A stretch of 64,000 nucleotides of DNA from Eledone cirrhosa (Eukaryota), in assembly GCA_964016885.1 (NCBI GenBank), contig OZ024758.1, forward strand, positions 35,402,001-35,466,000. The letters are read 5' to 3'. This document shows, one piece after another, positions 12,011-23,759 of the stretch. Both the position numbers and the translations under genes were made by a program. Numbering within the stretch: the first letter of the stretch is position 1; the number at the start of each line of letters is the position of its first letter. The notes under the pieces were generated by a model. That model did not search any database. It saw only the letters and a list, made by a program, of their open reading frames with translations, and was not told the DNA's origin.

Positions 12011-13557
12011 AGTGAAGCACGTGGCTTCGTAGTTAGGGTATTCGGCTTAAGATTGTCAGGTCACGAGTTCAATTCCCAGCAGTACATTGTGTCCTTGAGC
12101 AAGACACTTTATTTCATGTTGCTCCAGTCCACTGTGTCCTTGAGCAAGACACTTTATTTCATGTTGCTCCAGTCCACTGTGTCCTTGAGCAAGACACTTT
12201 ATTTCATGTTGCTCCAGTCCACTGTGTCCTTGAGCAAGACACTTTATTTCATGTTGCTCCAGTCCACTGTGTCCTTGAGCAAGACACTTTATTTCATGTT
12301 GCTCCAGTCCACTGTGTCCTTGAGCAAGACACTTTATTTCATGTTGCTCCAGTCCACTGTGTCCTTGAGCAAGACACCTTATTTCATGTTGCTCCAGTCC
12401 ACTGTGTCCTTGAGCAAGACACCTTATTTCATGTTGCTCCAGTCCACTGTGTCCTTGAGCAAGACACTTTATTTCATGTTGCTCCAGTCCACTGTGTCCT
12501 TGAGCAAGACACTTTATTTCATGTTGCTCCAGTCCACTGTGTCCTTGAGCAAGACACTTTATTTCATGTTGCTCCAGTCCACTGTGTCCTTGAGCAAGAC
12601 ACTTTATTTCATGTTGCTCCAGTCCACTGTGTCCTTGAGCAAGACACCTTATTTCATGTTGCTCCAGTCCACTGTGTCCTTGAGCAAGACACTTTATTTC
12701 ACGTTGCTCCAGTCCACTGTGTCCTTGAGCAAGACACTTTATTTCATGTTGCTCCAGTCCACTGTGTCCTTGAGCAAGACACTTTATTTCATGTTGCTCC
12801 AGTCCACTGTGTCCTTGAGCAAGACACTTTATTTCATGTTGCTCCAGTCCACTGTGTCCTTGAGCAAGACACTTTATTTCATGTTGCTCCAGTCCACTGT
12901 GTCCTTGAGCAAGACACTTTATTTCATGTTGCTCCAGTCCACTGTGTCCTTGAGCAAGACACTTTATTTCATGTTGCTCTAGTCCACTGTGTCCTTGAGC
13001 AAGACACTTTATTTCATGTTGCTCCAGTCCACTGTGTCCTTGAGCAAGACACTTTATTTCATGTTGCTCCAGTCCACTGTGTCCTTGAGCAAGACACCTT
13101 ATTTCATGTTGCTCCAGTCCAGTGTCCTTGAGCAAGACACTTTATTTCATGTTGCTCCAGTCCACTGTGTCCTTGAGCAAGACACTTTATTTCATGTTGC
13201 TCCAGTCCACTGTGTCCTTGAGCAAGCCACTTTATTTCATGTTGCTCCAGTCCACTGTGTCCTTGAGCAAGACACTTTATTTCATGTTGCTCCAGTCCAC
13301 TGTGTCCTTGAGCAAGACACTTTATTTCATGTTGCTCCAGTCCACTCAGCTGGCAAAAATGAACTGTACCTGTAATTCGAAATGCTAGCCTTGTCACATA
13401 TTGTGTCTTGCTGAATCTCCCTGAGAACTATATTATGGGTACGCGTGTTTGTGGAATACTCAGCCACTTGCATGTAAATTTCACGAGCAGGCTGTACTGT
13501 TGATTGTATCAGTTGGAACACTCATCGTAACCGATGGAGTGCCACTACTACTACTAC
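12011..13557 (+). mobile_element. tRNA-derived SINE, family B (CORE-like), with internal tandem expansion
   Basis: Head with gagttcaattcc B box; (CTA)n tail; candidate target duplication agagtgg at 12004-12010 and 13558-13564. Confidence 0.8.
12088..13345. repeat. 45-bp tandem array, 28 units
   Basis: tgtgtccttgagcaagacactttatttcatgttgctccagtccac; near-identical units, no spacers. Confidence 0.96.
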
Positions 13558-13564
13558 AGAGTGG

Positions 13565-14505
13565 TAGTTATAATAGTATAGTGAATGGTATAGTGGTAGT
13601 TAGTAGCGTACTAGTTACAATAGTTAGTATAGTGAATGATTTAGTAGTAGTTAGTAGAGTACTAGTTACAATAGTTAGTATAATGAATGATGTAGTAGTA
13701 GTTAGTAGAGTACTAGTTACAATAGTTAGTATAGTGAATGATGTAGTGGTAGTTAGTATAGTGAATGGTATAGTGGTAGTTAGTAGAGTACTAGTTACAA
13801 TAGTTAGTATAGTGAATGATGTAGTGGTAGTTAGTAGAGTACTAGTTACAATAGTTAGTATAGTGATTGGTATAGTGGTAGTTAGTAGAGTACTAGTTAC
13901 AATAGTTAGTATAGTGAATGATGTAGTGGTAGTTAGTAGAGTACTAGTTACAATAGTTAGTATAGTGAATGATGTAGTGGTAGTTAGTAGAGTACTAGTT
14001 ACAATAGTTAGTATAGTGAATGGTATAGTGGTAGTTAGTAGAGTACTAGTTACAATAGTTAGTATAGTGAATGGTATAGTGGTAGTTAGTAGAGTACTAG
14101 TTACAATAGTTAGTATAGTGAATGATGTAGTGGTAGTTAGTAGAGTACTAGTTACAATAGTTAGTATAGTGAATGGTATAGTGGTAGTTAGTAGAGTACT
14201 AGTTACAATAGTTAGTATAGTGAATGATGTAGTGGTAGTTAGTAGAGTACTAGTTACAATAGTTAGTATAGTGAATGGTATAGTGGTAGTTAGTAGAGTA
14301 CTAGTTACAATAGTTAGTATAGTGAATGATGTAGTGGTAGTTAATAGAGTACTAGTTACAATAGTTAGTATAGTGAATGGTATAGTGGTAGTTAGTAGAG
14401 TACTAGTTACAATAGTTAGTATAGTGAATGATGTAGTAGTAGTTAGTAGAGTACTAGTTACAATAGTTAGTATAGTGGTAGTTAGTAGAGTACTAGTTAC
14501 AATAG
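13565..14505. repeat. 51-bp minisatellite with two often alternating variants
   Basis: gtagttagtagagtactagttacaatagttagtatagtgaat(gatg/ggta)tagtg. Confidence 0.95.
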
Positions 14506-14577
14506 TACAGTGACTAGAAACGTGGAACAGCCGTGACTTCTTCAGAATTTGTTTATCTATTTTTTTTGTATGTTTAG

Positions 14578-14715
14578 TTTGTGATATTGGTAAATTTGGA
14601 CCCAACTGCGAAAGCATCTGTCACTGTACTGACAACAACAGGTGTAACAAACAGACAGGTGTGTATTTTAGTGGCGGATGTGCTGCTGGTTATGAAGGTA
14701 GCAACTGTCAGACAG
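14578..14715 (+). CDS. EGF-array exon 3 (6th Cys replaced by Tyr)
   Basis: tttag|TT...ACAG|gtaagt; 138 nt; CDIGKFGPNCESICHCTDNNRCNKQTGVYFSGGCAAGYEGSNCQT. Confidence 0.88.
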
Positions 14716-14764
14716 GTAAGTGGTGTAGTATAGCTTTGTTTGTAACTTAATATATTGAAACAAG

Positions 14765-14990
14765 ATGACAGTAGGTGTAACACAGAGACAGATGTAACAC
14801 AGAGACAGGTGTAACACAGAGACAGGTGTGTGTTATAGTAGAATGTGTGGTGCTGATTATAAAGGTATCAACTGTCAGACAGGTATGTGTTCCAGCGGAA
14901 GATGTGGTGCTGGTTGTGGAAGTAGCAACTGTCAGACAGGTGTGTGTTCCAATGGAGGGTGTGGTGCTGGTTATAAAGGTAGCATCTGTT
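14765..14990 (+). pseudogene. Intronic tandem copies (3 x 57 bp) of the 3' half of an EGF exon
   Basis: Reads CYSRMCGADYKGINCQTG / MCSSGRCGAGCGSSNCQTG / VCSNGGCGAGYKGSIC, preceded by 3x gtaacacagagaca; no clear splice acceptor. Confidence 0.75.
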
Positions 14991-15159
14991 CCATCTCAAT
15001 GCATCAGAACAGCATGAAATTTGAAGAGTCTGGTGTTATGACTCTCAGCAAGGTGTCTCCATCAACCTCAATGTGTCAGACACACCATTCATCTTCTCTT
15101 TTAAGCCATATATATATATCTCTATATATATATGTAATCTGAGTTTTTCGAATATTAAT

Positions 15160-15347
15160 AATTGTTTCTACTTTTGGCACAAGGCCAGCAATTACCCAGT
15201 GTATTACTGGTACTTTATTTTATCGACCCCATAAGGATGAAAGGCAAAGTTAACCTCAGCGGGATTTGAACTCAGAATAGCAAGGGCCGTAACTTTATGC
15301 GTCAAAGCATGGTCCGACCCTCTACCGATACTGCCAATCTACCGCCC
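15160..15347 (-). mobile_element. SINE family A
   Basis: Full body; flanked by direct repeat ttttcgaatattaataat (target duplication). Confidence 0.88.
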
Positions 15348-16070
15348 TTTTCGAATATTAATAATAGCATTCGATTCGTCTGCAATTATGCAAACAAGCC
15401 TCAATTTTAAAGCCATGTCAATAGAATGAACCCATCATTCTTGCTCTTGTGTTGGCATGTAAACAGAATTGCAGACACTAACTTTTCTGGGTATCAGCCT
15501 TCATCAGTACAGCTCACTCTTCACCTGCCAACTGTCAGAGCTAGTGAAAATATATACTATTTTCTAAAATATACAGTGGCTGATCGGCCTGATTTCCATA
15601 TTAGCAGACTGGCTGATCAGTCAGATCTGCATATTAGCAGATCCACTGATCAGCCAGATTTGTATATCAGCAGACTGGCCAGTCAGTTTCCTGTATACGA
15701 GCAATAAATGACCGGCTTTGCCACATTCAAATAAAATAAAATTTCCACTCTACATGGCTGAATACAATAAATGTAATCTGAGGAGATGACGAAGGACCGT
15801 GACAAGTGGAGAGATGCTGCGCTGAATAGAACCCGTCCAACCCATGCAAGCAGGGAAAGGCGGACGTAAAATGATGATGATGATGATGATGATTGTGTGT
15901 AAACAGAGATAACAACACAATCGGTACAGTATATGGAAAGAAAATATTAGGTTAACACTTGAAATAGCAACAAGAGGGTTTTAAGGTTTTGGACGCTAGT
16001 CCTTCATCAGAAGAAAGAATGAGAAATTAGAAAGATTGAAGGGACAGGCAGGGTGGAATCAGAAAAAAAA

Positions 16071-16111
<41 letters not shown>

Positions 16112-16274
16112 TATATTTATATATATATATATTTAAGAAAATCAACAAAGAAAAGAGAAGACAGCGAACGAAAACAAAACAAAACAAAAAAACAATTTTT
16201 AAAAAGGAAACCGTTAAACCATAAAGCTACAAAAAACATACAATTTTGTGTGACATTAGTGAAAAAAATATATA

Positions 16275-16605
16275 TCATCACCATCACCCTTTTACGTCCA
16301 TTCTTCCATGGGTTAGACCGGTTGTCCTGTTGTAGGCAATGCCAGGTCGAGTGACCTTGTCTTGCTCATATGGGAACTGATGCTGGCTTGATTTCTACAG
16401 CTGGATGCCCTTCCTAGCACCAACCTCATTTACAGTGAGTGCTAGGTGCTTTTTTACCGTGGCGCCTACATGTTCACTTTACAGTGTGGGCTGGGTGCTT
16501 TTTTGTCATGACACCTCCACGACCACTTTGCAGTGGGAGGAGGGGGTGGGGGCATATTTTCCATATGCTTCAGCTTCGGCTTGTACCCTAGGGAAGTCAG
16601 GTCTT
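16275..16605 (-). mobile_element. 3' end of the RTE LINE family found at 24894-27373
   Basis: Shares the 3' UTR (gatttctacagctggatgcccttcc...) and a degenerate (CAT)n tail. Confidence 0.75.
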
Positions 16606-16683
16606 CTGCATATATATATATTAAGTGTTTCCGAAGGAAAGGAGAGTGCACTATGTAAGCTACAGAGCTATTTAGTTATGTAA

Positions 16684-16793
16684 TAAACAACATAAGACAA
16701 TTATTCCATTTACCAAAGGTTTCACGAAGACAGACGAGCTCATCAGTCTTCATAAAACCTTTGGTAAATGGAATAATTGTCTTATGTTGTTTA
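16684..16793. repeat. 110-bp spacerless palindrome
   Basis: 55-bp arms with 4 mismatches, centred on gagctc. Confidence 0.9.
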
Positions 16794-16866
16794 ATGGCGC
16801 ATGTCTCTCGGACATGACACCCTTAATTTAATTTTGGAATTATATTTTTTTTTTTTTCTACCATAG

Positions 16867-17004
16867 TTTGTCAATATGGAAGGTTTGGTGCCAAGTGCAG
16901 CAGTATATGTCACTGTACAGACAACAGCAAGTGTACCCCAGTATCAGGGACCTGTTCAAGTGGGGGTTGTATTGCTAGATATGAGGGTAACAATTGTCAG
17001 TTAA
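16867..17004 (+). CDS. EGF-array exon 4
   Basis: poly-T...catag|TT...TTAA|gtaagt; 138 nt; CQYGRFGAKCSSICHCTDNSKCTPVSGTCSSGGCIARYEGNNCQL. Confidence 0.9.
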   Translation, partial: FVNMEGLVPSAAVYVTVQTTASVPQYQGPVQVGVVLLDMRVTIVS

Positions 17005-17354
17005 GTAAGTATATATTTGTTGTTGTTGCTATTGTTGTTTTGTTGTTGTTATTTTGTTATTGATGGGCAACAGCAACAAACTCCCTCTTACACCAATGGC
17101 CAGACAACACAGGCTGGAGATAGAATGTGTAGCAACAAGAGCGGTGCCCCAGCATGGCCTCTGCCAGATGGCTGGAACAGGTAAAAATGTAAGGGATGTT
17201 GTTGATGACTGCTATTTTTGTTTGCTGTTGTTATTTTGTTATTGTTTTTGTTGTTTTTGTTGTTGCTATTGTTGTTTGTTTTTGTTATTCATGTTATTGT
17301 TGTTGATGATGGTTGCTGTTGTTGTTGTTGATGTTTACTGTTATTCTTGTACAT

Positions 17355-18250
17355 TCTCTACATTTCACATCTCACACAATTCACATCTATATTTCACATT
17401 ATACAATTCACACCTTTACATTTCACATATCCTACATTTCACATCTCTTACATTTCACATCACCTACATTTCACATCTCTTACATTTCACATCTCCTACA
17501 TTTCACATCTCTTACATTTCACATCTCTTACATTTCACATCACCTACATTTCACATCTCTTACATTTCACATCTCTTACATTTCACATCTCTTACATTTC
17601 ACATCTCCTACATTTCACATCTCTTACATTTCACATATCTTACATTTCACATCTCTTACATTTCACATCTCCTACATTTCACATCTCCTACATTTCACAT
17701 CTCCTACATTTCACATCTCCTACATTTCACATCTCCTACATTCCTCATCCCTACATTCCTCATCCCTACATTTCACATCTCTTAAATTTCACATCACCTA
17801 CATTTCACATCTCTTACATTTCACATCACCTACATTTCACATCTCTTACATTTCACATCTCCTACATTTCACATCCTTACATTTCACATCTCTTACATTT
17901 CACATCTCCTACATTTCACATCCTTACATTTCACATATCCTACATTTCACATATCCTACATTTCACATCACCTACATTTCACATCTCTTACATTTCACAT
18001 CTCTTACATTTCACATCTCTTACATTTCATATCTACTACAGTTCACATATCCTACATTTCACATCTCCTACATTCCTCATCCCTACATTCCCCATCCCTA
18101 CATTCCTCATCCATACATTTCACATCACCTACATTTCACATCCCTACATTTTACACCCACTACATTTCATATTCCTACATTTCACATCCCATACATTTCA
18201 CATCCCATACATTTCACAACTCATACATTGTATATCACATACATTTCACA
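17355..18250. repeat. 16-bp minisatellite
   Basis: (tacatttcacatctct)n. Confidence 0.95.
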
Positions 18251-18296
18251 TCTCATTCCATCTAACTTCTATATTCTTCATATTTAATGTACCCAG

Positions 18297-18434
18297 AGTG
18301 TAGAAGTGGTAAATTTGGTGACAACTGTATTAACTCATGTCACTGTGCCAACAACAGCAAGTGTGACCCCATCACAGGTGTATGTTCCAGTGGTGGCTGT
18401 GAAGCTGGCTATCAAGGTAGCAATTGTCAGACAG
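18297..18434 (+). CDS. EGF-array exon 5
   Basis: cccag|AG...ACAG|gtgagt; 138 nt; CRSGKFGDNCINSCHCANNSKCDPITGVCSSGGCEAGYQGSNCQT. Confidence 0.92.
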
Positions 18435-18549
18435 GTGAGTCATTCAGTAGATCTTCTATGCTATTTGTATTTCTAGGTGAGCACATGGCACTTCAAAGTG
18501 AGATTCCAAACTTACCAAGGAAAGAGTGACATGAAAAGACCGAGGCTCC

Positions 18550-18800
18550 TTTGGGGTGCATTTTTGTCAGAGGCCAGTTAAACCTACATAGGTAGAGCTG
18601 TAACAACATGATAGGCCTGGGGTCCTTATTATTAAAACACCCAGAATATTTCCTATGGAGTGCATCCTTGTAGGGGGCCAGCCAAACCTACATAAATGTG
18701 AGCTGTAACAACAACATGATAGGCATGGTGTCCTTACCATTGAAACACCCAGAATACTTCCTATGGGGTGACAACCTCATAGGTGGCCGACTAAGCCTAT
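18550..18800. repeat. Degenerate ~110-bp tandem repeat, about 2.5 copies
   Basis: aaacctacata...gagctgtaacaacatgataggc...aaacacccagaata recurs. Confidence 0.7.
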
Positions 18801-19167
18801 AAAGGTGCTTGTTTAAAAAAAATAAAACTTGACTATAAACCAAATGGATACACCATTTTTTCTCTTCTTCACTGATACTCTCCCCATGTGCCTTCTCCTC
18901 CTGCTTTCCACCACTACTATATTGGACTCTGTTCCTCGGAGTATTCTAGGTTCATGCCACCTCCACTCAGACATTTTCAACTGACTCCTCTCTCTTCTTT
19001 TCGTCCCACATTTTGTATCCACTTGGTGCCACCCTAATTAGTACAACCTCTCAAGAACTGGTGCACCCAGGCCACTCAGTAAAGTGATTGGTTACAAGAA
19101 GAATACCCAACCAGTAAAACCAAGCCAAAACTATGTAAAGCACAAATGTACCAATGTTTTTAATTAA

Positions 19168-19389
19168 CCCTTTCGTGTTCAAACTGGCCCAAACCGGCCA
19201 GAATTCTCTACCTCTTTCTGTTGATATTGGCTGTAACTGGTCGCTCAAACTGATGTTAAGGTATTGTTCTCAAAATAAATACTTTCAAAATCTCATAGAT
19301 TCGATATTATGTGAGATAATTATGTGAGATAAAGCCTTTACCATGAAAATACACAATAGTATATATAGAGTAATGTGAATGGTAAAGGG
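19168..19389. mobile_element. piggyBac-type MITE, same family
   Basis: TTAA|CCCTTT...AAAGGG|TTAA with the same internal sequence. Confidence 0.85.
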
Positions 19390-19799
19390 TTAATAATGAT
19401 TTCTTAATTTTGGAGTAAAGAGAAAGTCAGTTGATTATATCTACCCCAGTATTTAACTGGTACATTATTTTATCAAGCTTGTAAAAATGACATTCAAGTT
19501 TGACCTGAGCAAGATTTGAACTCAGAACTCAGAAGTTCTGCAAAGCATTTCATCCAACAAACACTCCAACAGTTCTGCCCATTTCTTTCCCTTTTACAAC
19601 AAAAGGATGACATTGTTCATCTAGAAAACACACGTGGTGTTTATGAGGCTGTTTGCTGGCAAACAAACTGAATATTAATGATATTATAATACTATTATAA
19701 CATTATTGTTATCCAGTGCATTACTAATAAAGTACCAGTAATACACTGGGATAATTGCTAGCCTTGTGCAAAAAGTAGAAATAATTATTATTGAATCGT

Positions 19800-19992
19800 G
19801 AGGGTGGTGGATTGGCAGTATCGGTAGAGCGTCGGATGCCATGCTTTGCAGCATAGAGTTATGGTTCTTTACGGTCTGAGTTCAAATCCCACAGAGGTTA
19901 ACTTTGCCTTTCGACCTTACGGGGTCGATAAAATAAAGTACCAGTAATGCACTGGGGTAATTGCTGGCCTTATGTCAAAAGTCGAAACAATT
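19800..19992 (+). mobile_element. SINE family A
   Basis: A/B boxes and conserved body; ends ~45 bp before exon 6. Confidence 0.85.
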
Positions 19993-20038
19993 CTTATTCA
20001 CTCATGAATAAATAATAAATAATAGCTCTATATTTCAG

Positions 20039-20176
20039 AGTGCTCCAGTGGCAAGTTTGGTAAAGATTGTAGCTATAGCTGTTACTGCTATGACAATAGC
20101 ACGTGTAACCCTAAATCTGGTACCTGTTCGAGTGGTGGGTGTACACCTGGCTATAAAGGTAACAACTGTCAAACAG
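20039..20176 (+). CDS. EGF-array exon 6
   Basis: tttcag|AG...ACAG|gtgagt; 138 nt; CSSGKFGKDCSYSCYCYDNSTCNPKSGTCSSGGCTPGYKGNNCQT. Confidence 0.92.
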
Positions 20177-20461
20177 GTGAGTGAAATGAAAGAAGCTAAT
20201 TACTCTGTGCAACATATATGAATTCTTGTTTTATCTCTCCAAACTTTAGGGTGTTCTTTATTAGTCATTCCCAAAGTGGGATCCATGGAACCCAAGGGTT
20301 CTGCAAATGAATGTCTGGGGTTCCATGAAAAAAAGGTAGAGAAGTATATTTATATTCAAACCATATAAAAATATGAGACTGGGATTCCGCCAGAAGTTTC
20401 TGAACCAAAAAGTGTTTGCTTTTTTTTTTATTAACAAACAATGTTTTTGTTTCTTTGAAAG

Positions 20462-20599
20462 TCTGCCAGAATGGTAGATTTGGCAGCAACTGTGAAGGTA
20501 TATGTCACTGTGTAGACAGCAACAAATGTGACTCAGTGACAGGAATATGTTCTGACGGAAGATGTGTTGCTGGTTTTGAAGGAAGAAACTGCCAAAATG
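20462..20599 (+). CDS. EGF-array exon 7
   Basis: ttgaaag|TC...AATG|gtgagt; 138 nt; CQNGRFGSNCEGICHCVDSNKCDSVTGICSDGRCVAGFEGRNCQN. Confidence 0.92.
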
Positions 20600-20711
20600 G
20601 TGAGTAAAACTAAATATCGAATTTCTATTCTGTCTTTTTTTTTATGGGGGGGGGGGGCAGATTTGTAAATTAAAATAAAAGCTGGTGAATTGACAGTATC
20701 TTTTTCAATAT

Positions 20712-21862
20712 CTTTTATTCACCTCTTTATAATATGTAAGGACACTGTGTCAGTTGTTTACAGTTTAAACTAGTTATGAGATCAATGAACTGTCATCTCT
20801 ATCTAACACTAACACAAGTGGTAAAGCTGTTGGATTTACAATCATAATGTTGTGGGTTTGGTTCCTGGACTTGGCTGTGCATTGCGTTCTTAAGCAAAAC
20901 ATTCTTGCGTAGTATACTCAGTTGAAAATGAGTACCAGCAATTGCTGGGGGATTTTAAATTCCATCCTGCACAGGACAGGAGTCCTGTGCAGGATGGAAT
21001 TCTATACTCTCAGTTGCTTCACACCATGGAAACCGAGATAAGCACATTCCACCCTTCTCTCAGGCATTGCATAACTAGGACTACACTATTTAATGTGTCC
21101 TTTCCTTTTTATCATACTAATCTATAATTTGGCTGTTACTTGTTCTGAGTCTAAAGTCTGTCTCAAGCCTGGATGCTAATCAGGCCAGTGTTTACCTTGG
21201 TTTCCATGGTGTTAAGTGACTGACAGTAAACAATTCCAGCCTGGACAGGACACCAGTCCATTGCAGAGAAAACCCCCCAGCAATTGTTGATACTCATTTC
21301 CAACTGAGTATACTGAGTATATAGGCAGTGAATTGGCAGAGTCGTTAGAACATCAGATAGAATGCTTTGTGGTATTCGTTCCAACTCTCTGCTCTCTGAG
21401 TTCAAATCCCGCTGAGGTCAACTTTGCCTTTCATCCTTTTGATGTCAATAAAAAAGTACCAGTCTAGTACTGGGGTCGATTCTTCTTCTATATCTCTTTC
21501 TCATTTCCTCTCTCTCACTTTCTATCTTTCTCTGGAAGAAATCTGCTGTATTCAGGCCTGGACAGGGATGGGCTCCGCCTGGCTTAAAATACCCAAGAAA
21601 TGATGTCTGTTAATACGGCACCTCTACGACTCTGTCAGGAGTTACAGGACCATACATACATACTGAGTATAATGTTTTGCTCAAGAACATAACACACAAC
21701 CCAGTCCAAGAATGAAACCCAGAACATGATTGTAAGTTTAACACCATTTACACTTGTGTTAGTGTTAAATAGAGCATGAAAGTTTATTAGCTTTGTTGCA
21801 ATTAGTTGAGACACAAAATAACTGGCACAGTGTCCTTTCCTATTGTAAGAGGTGAATAAAAG
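20712..21862. repeat. Old ~340-bp inverted duplication; right arm interrupted by a SINE-A-headed insertion (21322-21659)
   Basis: 20712-21050 matches the reverse complement of 21185-21321 plus 21660-21862; target duplication atactgagtata. Confidence 0.75.
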
Positions 21863-22067
21863 AGTTCACACACACATACACATAAACACACACATGCACT
21901 CACACTCTAAAACACACAAACACACTCACACACATACTCTTTCACACTCTTAAATGCTCAAATGTACTCACACACTAAAACACACAAACACACTCACATT
22001 AAAACACACAAATGCACTCACTCACACACACTTAAACACAGTAATGTAAATGTTAAATAGATTAAGG

Positions 22068-22360
22068 CAGTCATGGGTAACCTGCGGCCCACAAAGCTTT
22101 CTAAATGACTCACCTAAATCACCTAAGTGAAATCTTTCTGATTTTTTTACCCCAACTTTTCAGTCGTAATTTATCTTTCTATAATTTTTAACGATTGAGG
22201 AAAACAACGTGTACGAATTCTGAAGAAACCAATCAAAACAACCTGAGTTATCACCCTTTTTTTTTTATGTGGGCGCAAATGTAAATTAGCGCTTGCGGCC
22301 TCCCTGATGATGAGCCATATCTCATGCAGCCCGCTTCTCGAAAAAGGTTGCCCATGCCTG
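22068..22360. mobile_element. hAT/Charlie-type MITE
   Basis: TIRs cagtcatgggtaacct / aggttgcccatgcctg; degenerate 8-bp target duplication gattaagg/ggttaatg. Confidence 0.75.
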
Positions 22361-22574
22361 GGTTAATGGCTGAAACCCTTGCATGAGGTGAGAGGGTGGT
22401 TCTTCTCTGGTGACCTTCTCCTGTCCAACTTTCTTGAGAGTTTCTGACCACATAATACTACATAGTACGGCATAAATACTGTTACAAAATAAAATGCTTA
22501 TAACTCCTTCAATATTTATTGTACCTAGCTACAATTGTGGCACAATGTAATTAATAAAATGTTTATTAACACCA

Positions 22575-22910
22575 TGAAATCTTATTTGATATGCTTTCCT
22601 TTTGTTCTCACATCTCGAGATCATCTTTACATAGCCTCCTCATGGATCTCTCTGAAATTTCGGCCTCTTTCACCATTTTTCTCATGAATCTTTTTGGCTT
22701 ACATCTGATTTTCTCATGCATGTATTTGATTAGTTTTGGTGTTCAGAAGGTGCTAGGACGTCCTGATCTTGGCTTTTGTTGAGGAAGTTTCTTTGAAGTG
22801 ATCAATGGTCCTTTTTATGAGCATTCTGTTAATTTCAAGCTGTTTTCCAGTTATAAAAATCTGAGGTGGAGTCTACTTTTTTTCATGCTGTCCAATTATG
22901 AATTTTCCTT
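22575..22910 (-). pseudogene. Tc1/mariner transposase N-terminal (HTH) relic
   Basis: KPRSGRPSTF*TPKLIKYMHEKIRCKPKRFMRKMVKEAEISERSMRRLCKDDLEM, with the GRP linker between HTH motifs. Confidence 0.7.
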
Positions 22911-22929
22911 TCAATTCTAAGGACATTTA

Positions 22930-23195
22930 AATAATAATAATAATGAAATTATTGTGTACACTGCTCAGGTGCATATATAGTACATAGAATAATGTATAAA
23001 GGTCAGGAAAGTGAACAGTGTATGAGTCATGAAATACACACACATGCATGCGTGTGTATGGAAGGGGGATATCAGGTGTAGTGTTGGCGAATTTCAGGAA
23101 GCATGGAGGTTTTAAAGGATGTAGTGTCCCAGTAGCTAACAACTGATGCAGGTAATTTGTTCCATGCTTCAGCAACTCTGAACATGAAAAAATGT
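22930..23195 (-). mobile_element. LINE 3' end (CR1/L2-like), same family as 29770-30245
   Basis: WNKLPASVVS...FKTS-type C terminus, shared 3' UTR and (ATT)n tail. Confidence 0.7.
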
Positions 23196-23289
23196 GCAAT
23201 GAATCCTTATATAACCCCCAAAACAGTTAGTATATAGTATTAGGTTAATATTTGAGCAATCAGATCAATAATAAAGTAATTATTATTGG

Positions 23290-23460
23290 TTTCTTATATA
23301 GGCATAAGGCCAGAAATGTGTGGGGGGGGTCTATTAAAGCGCTCCCTGTGTGTGACTGGTACTTTATTTTATCGACCCAGTAAGGATGAAAGGCAAAGTT
23401 AATCTGGGCGGGATTTGAACTCAGATCATAAAGGGCCGTAACTCTATGCTGCAAAGCATA
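23290..23460 (-). mobile_element. SINE family A variant
   Basis: Reverse-complement body with B box. Confidence 0.75.
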
Positions 23461-23579
23461 AAGTAATTAATATTATGACTTAAACTCATTTGATATTTTG
23501 TAACAGTATTTATGCTGCACCCTGTATATATTTGTAAAGTAATGTTAGATATTTCTACTTGTTTGTTTTATTTTAACAG

Positions 23580-23717
23580 TGTGTAAAGCTGGTTATTTTG
23601 GTGTCCATTGTTCAAATCCCTGTAAATGCAAGGACAGTGCAAACTGTAACCCTAAAACTGGACACTGTCCAAACAACAAGTGTCTACCTGGTTTTACTGG
23701 TCATGACTGCCAAGCTT
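23580..23717 (+). CDS. EGF-array exon 8
   Basis: ttaacag|TG...GCTT|gttagt; 138 nt; CKAGYFGVHCSNPCKCKDSANCNPKTGHCPNNKCLPGFTGHDCQA. Confidence 0.9.
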
Positions 23718-23759
23718 GTTAGTATGCTTATTTTAAACTGTAAATGTTCATTTATTAAC

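Noticed and set aside
12088-13345. CRISPR-like array of palindromic repeats
   Set aside because: No unique spacers, no cas genes, eukaryotic context; it is a head-to-tail tandem repeat inside a SINE
13449-14617. Mucin-like Thr-rich or Val-rich ORFs
   Set aside because: 51-bp minisatellite open on both strands, no splice support
17054-18303. His-rich ORFs
   Set aside because: 16-bp minisatellite read in all three frames
22304-22345. ctgatga...cgaaa hammerhead candidate
   Set aside because: No stem I/III pairing; lies in the subterminal region of a hAT MITE
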